A stretch of DNA of 64,000 nucleotides from an uncultured virus (IMG/VR IMGVR_UViG_2872830528_000001) (IMGVR_UViG_2872830528_000001), one strand, 5' to 3'. Numbered from the stretch's first letter, positions 9,781-19,107 are shown. The notes: a model not told the origin generated them from the sequence alone. Numbers and translations: made by a program.

Positions 9781-10167
9781 GTGACCCGCAACTTCGACTG
9801 GATGGAACAGGCCTCCTGCGCCCAGACAGACCCCGAGCTCTTCTTTCCCGACAGCGGGAACGTCGCAGAAGCCCGGAAGGTCTGCCACGCCTGCCCCGTC
9901 AAGCTGGACTGCGAGGCCCACACCCAGCTCCTGGAGGAGGGCTTCTCCCGGGACCAGCGCGTCGGAACCTGGGCCGGACAGACCGGTCGGGACCGCTATC
10001 GCGCGGCCGACCCCACAGCGCCCCAGCAGACAACTCATGGGCAGATCGTCCACCTCGTCAAGCGCGGCCTGCCCGCCGACACCGTCGCCGACATCGTCGG
10101 ATGCAGTACCCGCACCGTGTGGCGCGTCGCCAGTCAGCGGCGATCCGACCTCGGGGAGGCGGCATGA
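9781..10167 (+). CDS. WhiB-family Fe-S transcription factor with C-terminal HTH
   Basis: WMEQASC..TDPELFFP..C..CPV..C..GTWAG, then VADIVGCSTRTVWR. Confidence 0.88.
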   Translation: MTRNFDWMEQASCAQTDPELFFPDSGNVAEARKVCHACPVKLDCEAHTQLLEEGFSRDQRVGTWAGQTGRDRYRAADPTAPQQTTHGQIVHLVKRGLPADTVADIVGCSTRTVWRVASQRRSDLGEAA

Positions 10168-10580
10168 TCCCCGGGATCCGGGTGGGGCACGGAGCGCGCG
10201 AGCACATCGCCATCTCCACCACCCTCACCTTCGCCGACGGCCTCGACCTGATCGCCGTGGAGCGAGTCGTCAACGGCGGCAACGCCGACCTCACCGACGC
10301 CGAGAAGGCCGAGGCCGGCCGCAGGCTCCAGGCCCGCGACGTCCCCCAGGCGGAGATCAGCAGACGCATCGGCCTCAGCCTCTCCACCGTCCAGGCCTGG
10401 GCGAAGAACGGTTGGGTCGTACCCAGCTCTTCCGTCGAGACCGCGCCCCTGGACATCGGCAACGCCAGCCACGGCCGCTCCGGCTACACGAAGGGCTGCC
10501 GCTGCCTCCGCTGCCGCACAGGCGCCCGAGACGCGGCCAGGCAGCGTCGGGCCGCCAAGCGGCAGCAGACCGCCGCCTAG
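10164..10580 (+). CDS. HTH DNA-binding protein with HG..GY..GCRC..C Zn motif
   Basis: QAEISRRIGLSLSTVQAW; HGRSGYTKGCRCLRC. Confidence 0.7.
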   Translation: MIPGIRVGHGAREHIAISTTLTFADGLDLIAVERVVNGGNADLTDAEKAEAGRRLQARDVPQAEISRRIGLSLSTVQAWAKNGWVVPSSSVETAPLDIGNASHGRSGYTKGCRCLRCRTGARDAARQRRAAKRQQTAA

Positions 10581-10617
10581 ACCACCCACCCGCCAGCCAT
10601 GATCGAGAGAAGACACC

Positions 10618-11481
10618 GTGGGAATCCGTCTGATCGTCGAGGTGCTCACCAGCGCACCCCTGGCCCTGACGCACAGGGAGAAGCTCCTCCTCGTCGTCCT
10701 GGCCGAGGACGCCAACGACGAGACCCGCGTGACGTGGAACAGCGTCGAGCGCCCCGAGGTCCTCCGCGGCGCCAAACTCAGCCGTTCGCAGCTGTACGCC
10801 GTCCTCAAGTCGCTGACCGCCAAGGGGGTCCTGGCGAAGCTCACGGCAGGCCAGAAGAACGGCACCGCCAAATACCAGATTTCCAAGTTCCCCGGCCCTC
10901 AGTGTCAGGGATTTCCTGACACTGAGACCACCCCTCAGCGTCCCGAAAACGCTGACACTGAAGCCCCTCAGAGTCCCGGAATCCCTGACACTGACGCGAA
11001 CGGTCAGCGTCCCGGAAATGCGGACACTGACGCGTCTCAGTGTCAGGAAATCCGGGACGTCAGTGTCCCGGAATCCGGGACCCCTACCCCTCTTAACCCC
11101 TCAACTACTACCCCTCTAGCTAGCAAGCAGGAGAGCCAGCCCGACGCACTCGGCCACGGCATCCCAGAAGCCGCCCGCCCACTCGTCGACGGCATCACCG
11201 CAGCCGGCATCTACGTCCGCTGGCCCTTCAAGGGCAACAGCTGGTTCCCCGTTCTCGCGCTCATCCAGAAGTCCGGCGTCCCCGCGATGGTCGACCACGC
11301 CGTGAAGGCCGCCTCTCGAACCTCCGTCGAGTCGGCCAACTACTTCCTCAAGGGCTGGGGGGAACTCCCGCCCACCCCCGCCCCCGGCACCGAGCGCCCC
11401 CGCCTCCACGCCGTCGGCAGCCAGCGCCACAAGCCCTTCGAACCGCCCGCCGACACCTCCGTCTACGCGAACGGATTCTGA
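10618..11481 (+). CDS. Replication initiator (lambda O-like, N-terminal wHTH)
   Basis: EKLLLVVLAEDAND..wHTH; internal iterons; directly upstream of the DnaC-like gene. Confidence 0.85.
   Translation: MGIRLIVEVLTSAPLALTHREKLLLVVLAEDANDETRVTWNSVERPEVLRGAKLSRSQLYAVLKSLTAKGVLAKLTAGQKNGTAKYQISKFPGPQCQGFPDTETTPQRPENADTEAPQSPGIPDTDANGQRPGNADTDASQCQEIRDVSVPESGTPTPLNPSTTTPLASKQESQPDALGHGIPEAARPLVDGITAAGIYVRWPFKGNSWFPVLALIQKSGVPAMVDHAVKAASRTSVESANYFLKGWGELPPTPAPGTERPRLHAVGSQRHKPFEPPADTSVYANGF
10899..11125. repeat. Putative replication origin: six palindromic iterons plus a relatively A/T-rich tail
   Basis: TCAGNGTC-N11-GACACTGA units at 10899, 10935, 10968, 11004, partial units at 11037 and 11060, then cccctacccctcttaacccctcaactactacccctctagctagc. 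Confidence 0.85.
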
Positions 11482-11483
11482 CC

Positions 11484-12221
11484 ATGCCCGAACCCAGCCC
11501 CGCGTTCGGCGGCAACATCACCGACCGCCTCCAGCGCGCACTCGCAGCCCGCGGCCTCGACCAGATCGACCCCGGCCCCATCGACAACACCCCCGCCGAA
11601 GACGAGCCCGGCCACCCCGAGTACCACCGGCGCCGACGCGCCGAATGGAACCTCAAGCGATGGGCGGCAGTCACCCCGTACCGCTACCAGCACGCCACCT
11701 GCACCCACCCCGCACTCCAGCAGTGGGCCGACAAGGTCGCCGCCGACCCGCGCAGCGCCGGCTTCCTGCTCCTCACCGGCACGTTCGGCACCGGCAAGAC
11801 CCACGAGTCCTACGGCGCCTTCCGGCGCATCGCCGACGCCGGCCCCGACCGCTACGAAGTCATCGCCACCACCGCGCCCGACATGTACGCCCTGATGCGC
11901 CCCGGCGGCAGCGAGCGCGGCACCGAGTACGAAGTGAAGCGGCTCAAGAAGATCCCGCTCCTGCTGATCGATGACCTCGGCACCGAGAAGGTCAGCGAGT
12001 TCACCGAGGAAGCCACCTACCGGCTCCTCAACGAGCGGTACAACGAGTCGCTGCCGACGCTCATCACCAGCAACCTGCCGGCCGACTCGCGCGACCAGAA
12101 GGGCGTCAAGCAGGGGCCCGACCTCATTGAGAAGCTCGGCGAGCGGATTGCGGACCGGCTTCGGGAGATCACCCGCATCGTCCCGATGGACGGACCCAGC
12201 CGGCGGCGGGGTGCCGCATGA
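11484..12221 (+). CDS. DnaC/IstB-like ATPase (helicase loader)
   Basis: GTFGTGKT Walker A, LLIDDLG Walker B, TLITSNL, GERIADRL. Confidence 0.92.
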   Translation: MPEPSPAFGGNITDRLQRALAARGLDQIDPGPIDNTPAEDEPGHPEYHRRRRAEWNLKRWAAVTPYRYQHATCTHPALQQWADKVAADPRSAGFLLLTGTFGTGKTHESYGAFRRIADAGPDRYEVIATTAPDMYALMRPGGSERGTEYEVKRLKKIPLLLIDDLGTEKVSEFTEEATYRLLNERYNESLPTLITSNLPADSRDQKGVKQGPDLIEKLGERIADRLREITRIVPMDGPSRRRGAA

Positions 12222-12502
12222 GCGACAACGCGCGCATGGCAGACGTCGTCTGCGCCATTGCCCAGCTGGGATACGCCAGCGGCAAGAGCGGCATCGAGAT
12301 CGCCGAGGGATGGATCGTTCCCCACGTCGAGGCACTCCTCGCCGTCCGTGAAGCCCGAGCCAAGAACCCTGCGGCCTTCCCCGGCTACGGCGAAGGCACA
12401 GTCGAGGAGACCGCCCGACGCATCATCGCCCGCCTCCTCGACGCGGTTTGGCGGCCTCCGGACGGCGAATGCCTCGACCTCCCGGAGGCACCTGGTGCCT
12501 GA
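12218..12502 (+). CDS. Hypothetical phage protein
   Basis: Coupled ORF. Confidence 0.6.
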   Translation: MSDNARMADVVCAIAQLGYASGKSGIEIAEGWIVPHVEALLAVREARAKNPAAFPGYGEGTVEETARRIIARLLDAVWRPPDGECLDLPEAPGA

Positions 12503-12833
12503 CGACTTCACCCCCGAGGACATCGCGGCCATGCGACGCGAGGGCGACCTGTCCAGCTTCCTCCGGGAACAGCTCCGGGCCGGACGCGCCCGCCGCGAGC
12601 AGCCCGTCATCCCCGCCCCCAGGCGTCCCACGGGCCGGCCGCCCGGCGCCTGGCCCACCAACGCCACGCCCGTCAGCCAGACGCCCTCACGGCACACCGC
12701 AGCCGACTGGACCCGAGCCCTCGACGAGTACCGCCAGTGGCTCACCACCACCAACCACCCCGAGCTCATGGACCAAGGCCAGACCTGCGGCTGCACCGGC
12801 TGCACCCCGCCCACCCAGAAGGAGGACCAGTGA
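12495..12833 (+). CDS. Hypothetical phage protein
   Basis: GGAGG RBS; EDIAAMRREGDL; C-terminal CGCTGC. Confidence 0.65.
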   Translation: MPDDFTPEDIAAMRREGDLSSFLREQLRAGRARREQPVIPAPRRPTGRPPGAWPTNATPVSQTPSRHTAADWTRALDEYRQWLTTTNHPELMDQGQTCGCTGCTPPTQKEDQ

Positions 12834-13138
12834 CCATCCGCCGCAACGCACCGATGCCCGCCGAACTCCGCCACTTCATGCGCGCCGGCCAGCACCCCGC
12901 CCGCTCCGTCGCCTGCCCCCACTGCGACGCCGCCCCGCACCGGCCCTGCCGCGTCAAGGCCACCGGCCACCCCCTCCCCGACATCCACCCCGCCCGCCGC
13001 TCCGCTTGGGCCGAGACCACCGCCGTCTGCCCCCACTGCCAGGTCGCCCCCGGCACCCCCTGCCACACCGAAGGCATCCCGCTCCCCGACCAGGTCCACG
13101 CCCGGCGCTACCTCGTAGCCGAGGAGACGGCCGCGTGA
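12830..13138 (+). CDS. Tandem zinc-finger protein
   Basis: Two CPHC.(A/V)AP..PC...H..R repeats. Confidence 0.8.
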   Translation: MTIRRNAPMPAELRHFMRAGQHPARSVACPHCDAAPHRPCRVKATGHPLPDIHPARRSAWAETTAVCPHCQVAPGTPCHTEGIPLPDQVHARRYLVAEETAA

Positions 13139-13386
13139 AGATCCGCCCCGACATCGCCGCCCTCGTCCGCGACGGCCACACCGACGCCTCCATCGCCCAC
13201 CGCCTCAACTGCGGCCGCAGCACCGCCAACGAGAACCGCCGCGCCCTCGCCGCCATCGACCGCCTGTACGCCGAGGAAGTCCCCACCGGGCAGGTCCGCG
13301 ACTACCGGCCCGACCGCATGCCGACCTCGCCCGCACAGCAGGCCGCCAACCGGGCCACGCTCCTTGAAGCCCTCCGCGCCACCTGA
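13135..13386 (+). CDS. Small HTH-like protein
   Basis: GHTDASIAHRLNCGRSTA; coupled ORF. Confidence 0.6.
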   Translation: MKIRPDIAALVRDGHTDASIAHRLNCGRSTANENRRALAAIDRLYAEEVPTGQVRDYRPDRMPTSPAQQAANRATLLEALRAT

Positions 13387-13508
13387 TCCTGCCCGTCCCT
13401 CTGGGGCCGCCCCCGCACCCGGGCGGCCCCCACCGGGCAACGAACCCGCCCGTTCCGTTGCCGCCTCGCCCCGACGCTGCAACGGAACCCACACCCCGGA
13501 GACCCGAC

Positions 13509-13760
13509 ATGACCGACCAGCCCACCCGCAAGGCCACCATCACCCTGGACTCCGCTACCAGCGACCGCGAGTTCCCGATCTACCAGATCAGCATCAACGC
13601 CATGCGCGACGAGAACCACGGCCACGGCTACCGGCTGATGGGTCCCAAGTACCTCGGCCGGTCCCGGAACCTGCGGACGGTGGAGCTGACGCAGCGGGAC
13701 GCGGACGAGATCCGTGCCGTGCTGGACGAGGTCTTCCCGCCCGCTTCGCCCACGGCCTGA
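13509..13760 (+). CDS. Hypothetical phage protein
   Basis: RBS; GYRLMGPKY motif. Confidence 0.7.
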   Translation: MTDQPTRKATITLDSATSDREFPIYQISINAMRDENHGHGYRLMGPKYLGRSRNLRTVELTQRDADEIRAVLDEVFPPASPTA

Positions 13761-13840
13761 CATGCCGCAGAACGCCCCGCGGTCGAAGTGCGGGGCGGTC
13801 TGGACACCTCGACCCTACCCACCGAAGGAGCCACACCATG
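13755..13840 (+). repeat. Intergenic repeat copy 1 (stop-hairpin-RBS-start)
   Basis: 42-nt block 13790-13831 identical to 15033-15074, plus shared gcctgacatgccgcaga. Confidence 0.9.
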
Positions 13841-14155
13841 ACCGACCTGCCCATCACCGACGAGATGCCCGACACCTGGGTCCAGGCCCTCACCACCGCC
13901 ATCGAGGCCCGCGGCCACAAGGTGACCGACTGCCACGAGTCCGCCATCGTCATCAACCTCACCCCCACCACGATGCGCACCCTCGACGCCGACCCGGGCG
14001 AGCAGCTCGTTATCGGATGGACCGAGCGGGCCGGCATCGACTGGGGACTTGGCCGCGCCGACCACGTCCCCGACCCGCAGCCCCTCGGCGCCGACACCAT
14101 CACCGAGGCCGCCGCCCGCACCCACCTCCTCCTCACCACCGGGCGGCCCGCATGA
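13838..14155 (+). CDS. Hypothetical phage protein
   Basis: AAGGAG RBS inside the repeat. Confidence 0.7.
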   Translation: MTDLPITDEMPDTWVQALTTAIEARGHKVTDCHESAIVINLTPTTMRTLDADPGEQLVIGWTERAGIDWGLGRADHVPDPQPLGADTITEAAARTHLLLTTGRPA

Positions 14156-14171
14156 ACCGCCACGCCCTCCC

Positions 14172-14468
14172 CTACGCCGCCGCCTCGCCCGCGTCCCGCT
14201 CCTCCTCCTCGACGACCTCGGCTCCGCCAAGGCCACCGAGTGGACCGAGGAGGTCACCTACCGGCTGGTCAACGAGCGGTACAACGCCTGCCGACCGACC
14301 ATCTACACCTCGAACCTTCCCGCTCGTGCCGTCCTCGACGAGCAGGGCCGTCCGCTCGGTCCGGACCTCACCACCGCCCTCGGCGAGCGGATCGTGTCCC
14401 GGCTGTCGGAGGACACCACCGTCGTCGCCATGACCGGCACCGACCGCCGCCGCCGAGGCGCCGCGTGA
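14172..14468 (+). pseudogene. Truncated second DnaC/IstB-like ATPase (C-terminal half only)
   Basis: VPLLLLDDLGSAKATEWTEEVTYRLVNERYN..PTIYTSNL..LGERIVSRL..DRRR parallels 11484-12221; no Walker A and no nearby in-frame start. Confidence 0.8.
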
Positions 14469-14683
14469 CGCCGGCCCGGCGGCTGGCCGCCACCCGCGCC
14501 CTCCTCGACCAGCCGCCCGTCACCCCCGTCCCCGGACAGCTCGCCATCCCCGCCGCCGCCGTCGCCGACATCGAGGCCGCCCTCGACGACGCCGACCGCC
14601 TCGGCGAAACCGGCCACGCCCGCGCCGAACGCGCCGCCCTCTACCTCGCCTCGTCCGGTTGGACCATCACCCCCGCCCGCTGA
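14465..14683 (+). CDS. Hypothetical phage protein
   Basis: Coupled ORF. Confidence 0.55.
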   Translation: MTPARRLAATRALLDQPPVTPVPGQLAIPAAAVADIEAALDDADRLGETGHARAERAALYLASSGWTITPAR

Positions 14684-14708
14684 CCGCCACCACACCCAGG
14701 AGAACCCC

Positions 14709-14999
14709 GTGATCATCGCCATGTACACCTACCTCGTCGAACGCAACGACGACACCGCCCCCGACCGTCGTGCCCTCAGCGGCGGATGGGCCCCGGCCCG
14801 CCGCAACGCCCCCACCGAGGCCATCGCCATCGACATCGCCCAGGAAACCCGCCTGGCGCACAACTACTTCGGGCCGCTGCGGGTGTCCCTGTGGCCGCAG
14901 CAGGCTGACGAGCCGCACCCCATGGCCCGCTTCGAGCCGGCACCCGCCCACGCCGAGACCTTCGACTACGCCGCGGTGCCCACCCGACCCGGCGCCTGA
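14709..14999 (+). CDS. Hypothetical phage protein
   Basis: AGGAG RBS. Confidence 0.65.
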   Translation: MIIAMYTYLVERNDDTAPDRRALSGGWAPARRNAPTEAIAIDIAQETRLAHNYFGPLRVSLWPQQADEPHPMARFEPAPAHAETFDYAAVPTRPGA

Positions 15000-15084
15000 C
15001 ATGCCGCAGACCGCCCCGCTCGTCGCAACCAAGCGGGGCGGTCTGGACACCTCGACCCTACCCACCGAAGGAGCAACACCCATG
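14994..15084 (+). repeat. Intergenic repeat copy 2
   Basis: See 13755-13840. Confidence 0.9.
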
Positions 15085-15447
15085 GCCCACCTCTGGGAGA
15101 TCGACCACCCGTACTACTGCCAGGAAGGCAACTACTTCAAGAGCGGCCAGCACACGCTGTTCGCCTCGTGGACGGACTTCACCGAGGAGACGCTCTTCTA
15201 CCGCGGAGACCGGGACCAGAACCTGCTCATCCGCTGGGACTGGCGCAAGCCCGGCCACTACGAGTGGGAGGGCGAAGAGACGCTGCTGCTGTTCTTCGTC
15301 CTCCAGCGCAAAGCGTGGCTGTGCTCGGTGGAGATGCCCGTTACCGAAGTCGACGAGTCGGCTATCCACGCGTGGCTGACCGAGTGCGCTCAGACCATGC
15401 GTGCCACGTGGGAGCCGCTTCTCGACGCGCTCCAGCCCGCCGCCTGA
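15082..15447 (+). CDS. Conserved hypothetical phage protein
   Basis: HLWEIDHPYYC..RWDW..QRK..WEP; RBS inside the repeat. Confidence 0.8.
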   Translation: MAHLWEIDHPYYCQEGNYFKSGQHTLFASWTDFTEETLFYRGDRDQNLLIRWDWRKPGHYEWEGEETLLLFFVLQRKAWLCSVEMPVTEVDESAIHAWLTECAQTMRATWEPLLDALQPAA

Positions 15448-15505
15448 CCCCCCGCCCTGCTGCCGGGCCGCACACCACGGCCCGGCCCACCCAAGGAGCC
15501 ACCAC

Positions 15506-16279
15506 GTGACCCTCGACGAACTCATCACCACCCTCGACGCGGCCGACCCCACCCTCGTCCTCCCGCACGGCTTCACCAACCCGCACTCCTACCGCGGCTA
15601 CTACGAAGAGCTGGCTTTCGAGCCCGCCACCAACGTGAGCGTCGCCGACATGCTGGCCGACGCCCGCAGCGCCCTCGGAACCACCTTCACGGGCTGGAAG
15701 GGCGGCGAGTTCACCATGCGCGGCTACACCGACTGCTGGCTCGCTCAGGAAGGCAGTGCGGGAGGCGAGACCCTCGGCCCGTTGCTGCTGCAGTTCATGC
15801 TCTCCGCCGGGATCCAGGACGCCGCCCACCAGGCCAGCGGACAGCAGCCGGACCCGGGTGTCTTTGAGGCAGCCATGGACAGCGAGGCCGACCCCAAAGC
15901 CGCCTCAAAGGACACCGCGCACTGCTGCGGCAACTGCGACGGCATCGATCCGGACACCTGCCTCACCAACCCGAACCGGCCGAAGCAGCCCCCGATGGAC
16001 CCGGCCGCGATTCTCGGCATCGCACCCGACTACTCCGAAGCCGCCCCCGCTGCCGGGCTGGACGACAACCAGCCGGCCACCGAAGCCCACCCGCCCACCA
16101 CCGGCTACGCCGTCGAGGTCCACTCCACCGACGGGTGGACCCAGATCACCGCCATCTTCGACACCCTCGTCGCCACCCGACAGCAGCGCACGCGCCTCCG
16201 CGCGAAGGTCGGCACCAGGCCCATGCGGATCATCTGCGAGACCACCACCCGCGCCGTCGTGGAGGACGAAACCCGATGA
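15506..16279 (+). CDS. Hypothetical multi-domain phage protein
   Basis: PHSYRGYYEELAFEP..GWKGGEF N-terminal domain; CGNCDG..C segment. Confidence 0.75.
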   Translation: MTLDELITTLDAADPTLVLPHGFTNPHSYRGYYEELAFEPATNVSVADMLADARSALGTTFTGWKGGEFTMRGYTDCWLAQEGSAGGETLGPLLLQFMLSAGIQDAAHQASGQQPDPGVFEAAMDSEADPKAASKDTAHCCGNCDGIDPDTCLTNPNRPKQPPMDPAAILGIAPDYSEAAPAAGLDDNQPATEAHPPTTGYAVEVHSTDGWTQITAIFDTLVATRQQRTRLRAKVGTRPMRIICETTTRAVVEDETR

Positions 16280-16593
16280 CCCAGCCCAGCCCCGCCGACG
16301 AACTCCGGGCCGCCGCCGAGAAGCTGCGCGATTACACCAGCACGACCAGCCCCGCGCCCTGGCATGTGAACCAGTGGGACAACGTCGAGACCGCCGGCCG
16401 TGAGGAGATGGCCGAGGTCTGGCCCCTCCAAGCCAACCCCAGCGCCAACGCCACGTACATCGCTCTCATGCACCCCGGCGTCGGCACGGCTCTCGCCGAC
16501 CTCCTCGACGACCAGGCCGATGGCGACGACGAAGGCGTCATCAACCCCTGGGCCCTCGCGGTGGCCCGCGCCCTGAACGGAGAAGCCCAGTGA
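16276..16593 (+). CDS. Hypothetical protein (Ead/Ea22-like)
   Basis: SPAPW...NATYIALMHP..ALADLL. Confidence 0.65.
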   Translation: MTQPSPADELRAAAEKLRDYTSTTSPAPWHVNQWDNVETAGREEMAEVWPLQANPSANATYIALMHPGVGTALADLLDDQADGDDEGVINPWALAVARALNGEAQ

Positions 16594-16793
16594 CCACCCC
16601 CGCCCACCCGCTCCGCGCCAAGCACGCCGGAACAGACCCCGTCCACGCCGCCCGCTCCATCCTCGCCGGCGGCCACAACACCGCCTGCCTCATCTGGCTC
16701 GACCCCAAGGCACCTCACCAGTGGCTGCCCGACACCACCCCCGTCACCTGCGCGGCCTGTGAGCGGGCCCTCGCCCGGAAGGCCAACCGATGA
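16590..16793 (+). CDS. Small Zn-binding protein
   Basis: VH..TAC..VTCAAC. Confidence 0.65.
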   Translation: MTTPAHPLRAKHAGTDPVHAARSILAGGHNTACLIWLDPKAPHQWLPDTTPVTCAACERALARKANR

Positions 16794-16956
16794 CTCAGCC
16801 CACGCCCACCATCCACTGCTCCACCCCCGGCTGCACCAACACCGCCACCCACCCCGACGCCCACACCATCGCCGACGTCCGCCGCCTCAACCGGGCCTGG
16901 CGGCAGCGCGCCGGCGGTCGCGACCTGTGCCCCGACTGCTGGAAGGCCGGACGGCG

Positions 16957-17460
16957 ATGACCCAGCCCGAGCCCACTCAGACCCGGCACACCGTCGACGA
17001 CGACCTCGCCTGGACCCGCGAACAGCTCCTCGCCGCCCAGCAGGAAGCCACCGACGCCGTCACCCGCGCCGAGAAGGCCGAGCGGGCCGTCGACCACCTC
17101 GCCGACCGCTACCGAGGCGCCGAAGCTGCCCGGGACACGTGGGCTGCCGAAGCCGCCACGCAGAACCTCCGCGCCGAGCGGGCCGAGGCCGAGAGGGACC
17201 GCTACAGGTTCTGCTGGAACAGCGCCCGGGACCGAGCCCAAGCCCTTGGCGAAGGCGTCCTCCGCCACGTCGCCAACCGCGACCCATGGAAGCGCCAGGC
17301 ACTGGAGCAGCAGCAGCGTGCCGAGCGGGCCGAGGCCGCCCTCGACGCCGTCCGCGCCGTCCTCGCCGACTGGGAGGGCTCCGACATCAGCTACAGCAAC
17401 TTCGCCAGCGCCATCCGCGCCGCCATCGACGCGCACACCACCGGGCCGACCACCACCTGA
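16957..17460 (+). CDS. Coiled-coil hypothetical protein
   Basis: Repeated RAERAEA heptads. Confidence 0.7.
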   Translation: MTQPEPTQTRHTVDDDLAWTREQLLAAQQEATDAVTRAEKAERAVDHLADRYRGAEAARDTWAAEAATQNLRAERAEAERDRYRFCWNSARDRAQALGEGVLRHVANRDPWKRQALEQQQRAERAEAALDAVRAVLADWEGSDISYSNFASAIRAAIDAHTTGPTTT

Positions 17461-17713
17461 CCACCCACAAACCCCTGACAAACCCTGGGGCGCGCTACCC
17501 GCGGCGCGCCCCACCCAGCTCAGGAAGGACTGCCGTGATCGTCGAACAGCCACCCCTCTGGCCCGACGGCTGGGAACACGAAGCCGACGCCAAAGCCGGC
17601 ACCCACCGCCAGCCCCGCCGCTGGGCCCGGTCCGTACCCACCGACCACGGCCGGCCCTGCACCCGGCCCCAGATACCCCACCGCCGCGTCGTCAACGTCA
17701 TCAGGAGCCTGTG

Positions 17714-17968
17714 ATGAGTGGACCCGCACGACAGCCTCTGACCCGCCGCCAAGCCGAAGTCCTCACCGCAGCCGCCGACGGCTCCACCCTCACCGTTGTG
17801 GCCCAGCGGCTCGGAACAACCCGCGAGCAGGTCGCCGCTCGACTCTCCGAGGCGTACCGCCGACTGGACGTCGCCTGGATGGAACGAAGCGATCGCCGGC
17901 CAGCAGCGGTCCGTGTGGCCCGGAAGCGGGGACTGATCCCCGCCGAGACGCAAGGGGAGGCAGCGTGA
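17714..17968 (+). CDS. LuxR-type HTH protein
   Basis: LTRRQAEVL..AADG..VAQRLG..RLDV..ARKRGLI. Confidence 0.8.
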   Translation: MSGPARQPLTRRQAEVLTAAADGSTLTVVAQRLGTTREQVAARLSEAYRRLDVAWMERSDRRPAAVRVARKRGLIPAETQGEAA

Positions 17969-18222
17969 ACCCCAACTCGACCCCGCCAGGGGGCCTGAGC
18001 GCCCGCGAGGCGGCCGAACGAGGCGAGAAGGCAGTCCGCGACGTCGGCGCGACGCCAGGCCCGCAGACGGCCGCTCAGGACGCTGACCCCCGCGCCGTCC
18101 TCCTCGACACCATCTCCACCGCCCTCAACGCCGCCGGCTACTGGCTCCCCGCCGACGGCAAACAGGCCATCGTCGCCGCTGTACTTGCCGTCCAGGGCGA
18201 GCAGTCCGACACCCCCGCCTGA
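17965..18222 (+). CDS. Hypothetical phage protein
   Basis: Coupled ORF. Confidence 0.55.
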   Translation: MNPNSTPPGGLSAREAAERGEKAVRDVGATPGPQTAAQDADPRAVLLDTISTALNAAGYWLPADGKQAIVAAVLAVQGEQSDTPA

Positions 18223-18261
18223 CCGCCCCGCCCGCACCAGCACCGCTGCAAGGAGACCGCC

Positions 18262-18879
18262 GTGAACGACCTCGACACCTGCCTCCGCTGCCGCCGCGAG
18301 CTCCGCGACCACGAGGCCGGCCGCTACCTGTGCAACCACTGCGAGGACCGGGTGGCTGTTCATCTCGGAGCTATCCCCGGCCTGTTCGTCCAGCTCGACC
18401 AGCACCTCGCCCGCGGCAGCAGCAGCGGCCCGACTGTCTCCGGCAGCAAGACTGCGCCTGCCCCGCTCCGCATCGGCATCCTCGACATGCAGACCGAACG
18501 CGGCCCCATCCTCGCACCGCTGGAAACCTGGGTGCGTGACTGGGAGGAAGCCGGATACGCCGAGGTCAACGAGGCCGGCACCGCCACCGACAGGGTCACC
18601 CACGCCTGCCGGACGCTGCGGTTCAACCTCTCCCGCGCCGCCGCCCAGCATCCGGCGATCGACGAAGCAGCCGACGAGATCGCCTCGATCTGGCGCATGC
18701 TCAGCCGCACCGTCACCGGCGAGACCGCGCCCCGCCGCATCGCCGTCACCTGCCCCTGCGAGCAGACCCTCCGCATCACCCTCGACACCCGCGGCGAAAC
18801 CTGCCCCCGATGCGGCGCCGAGTACGGACACAGCGAAGTGCTGCGACTGCCGTTGGCGGACAGGCGGGCCGCGGCGTGA
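18262..18879 (+). CDS. Zn-finger protein, putative late-gene regulator
   Basis: N-terminal CxxC..CxxC and C-terminal CxC..CxxC; near the end of the early operon. Confidence 0.65.
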   Translation: MNDLDTCLRCRRELRDHEAGRYLCNHCEDRVAVHLGAIPGLFVQLDQHLARGSSSGPTVSGSKTAPAPLRIGILDMQTERGPILAPLETWVRDWEEAGYAEVNEAGTATDRVTHACRTLRFNLSRAAAQHPAIDEAADEIASIWRMLSRTVTGETAPRRIAVTCPCEQTLRITLDTRGETCPRCGAEYGHSEVLRLPLADRRAAA

Positions 18880-19106
18880 ACGACCGACGGCCGATCGAAC
18901 GCGTCTGCAACACGATCCCGATACGGACCGACCGCAACGGTCGCGCCTGGATCAAGGCCTCCGACGTCGCCCTACTTCTCCGCGCCATCGCGAGAGGCTG
19001 CCGCGAACACGGCGGTAACCCCGACTGCGACCTCCTCACCACCGCAGCAGCCATCGACACCGAAGCCGACACCATCGCATGCCGAGCCATCATGCAAACC
19101 CGGTGA
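18876..19106 (+). CDS. Hypothetical protein
   Basis: Coupled ORF. Confidence 0.5.
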   Translation: MNDRRPIERVCNTIPIRTDRNGRAWIKASDVALLLRAIARGCREHGGNPDCDLLTTAAAIDTEADTIACRAIMQTR

Positions 19107-19107
19107 C

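Noticed and set aside
10899..11081. Mini-CRISPR of 27-bp palindromic repeats
   Set aside because: Spacers are only 6-9 bp, the repeats are degenerate and lie in frame within the initiator; iterons fit better
11484..12221. IS21 IstB transposition helper
   Set aside because: No IstA transposase or terminal inverted repeats; its position after the initiator indicates a helicase loader
13755..15084. CRISPR array or integron attC array
   Set aside because: Only two copies ~1.2 kb apart, with genes between them; no cas genes or integron integrase
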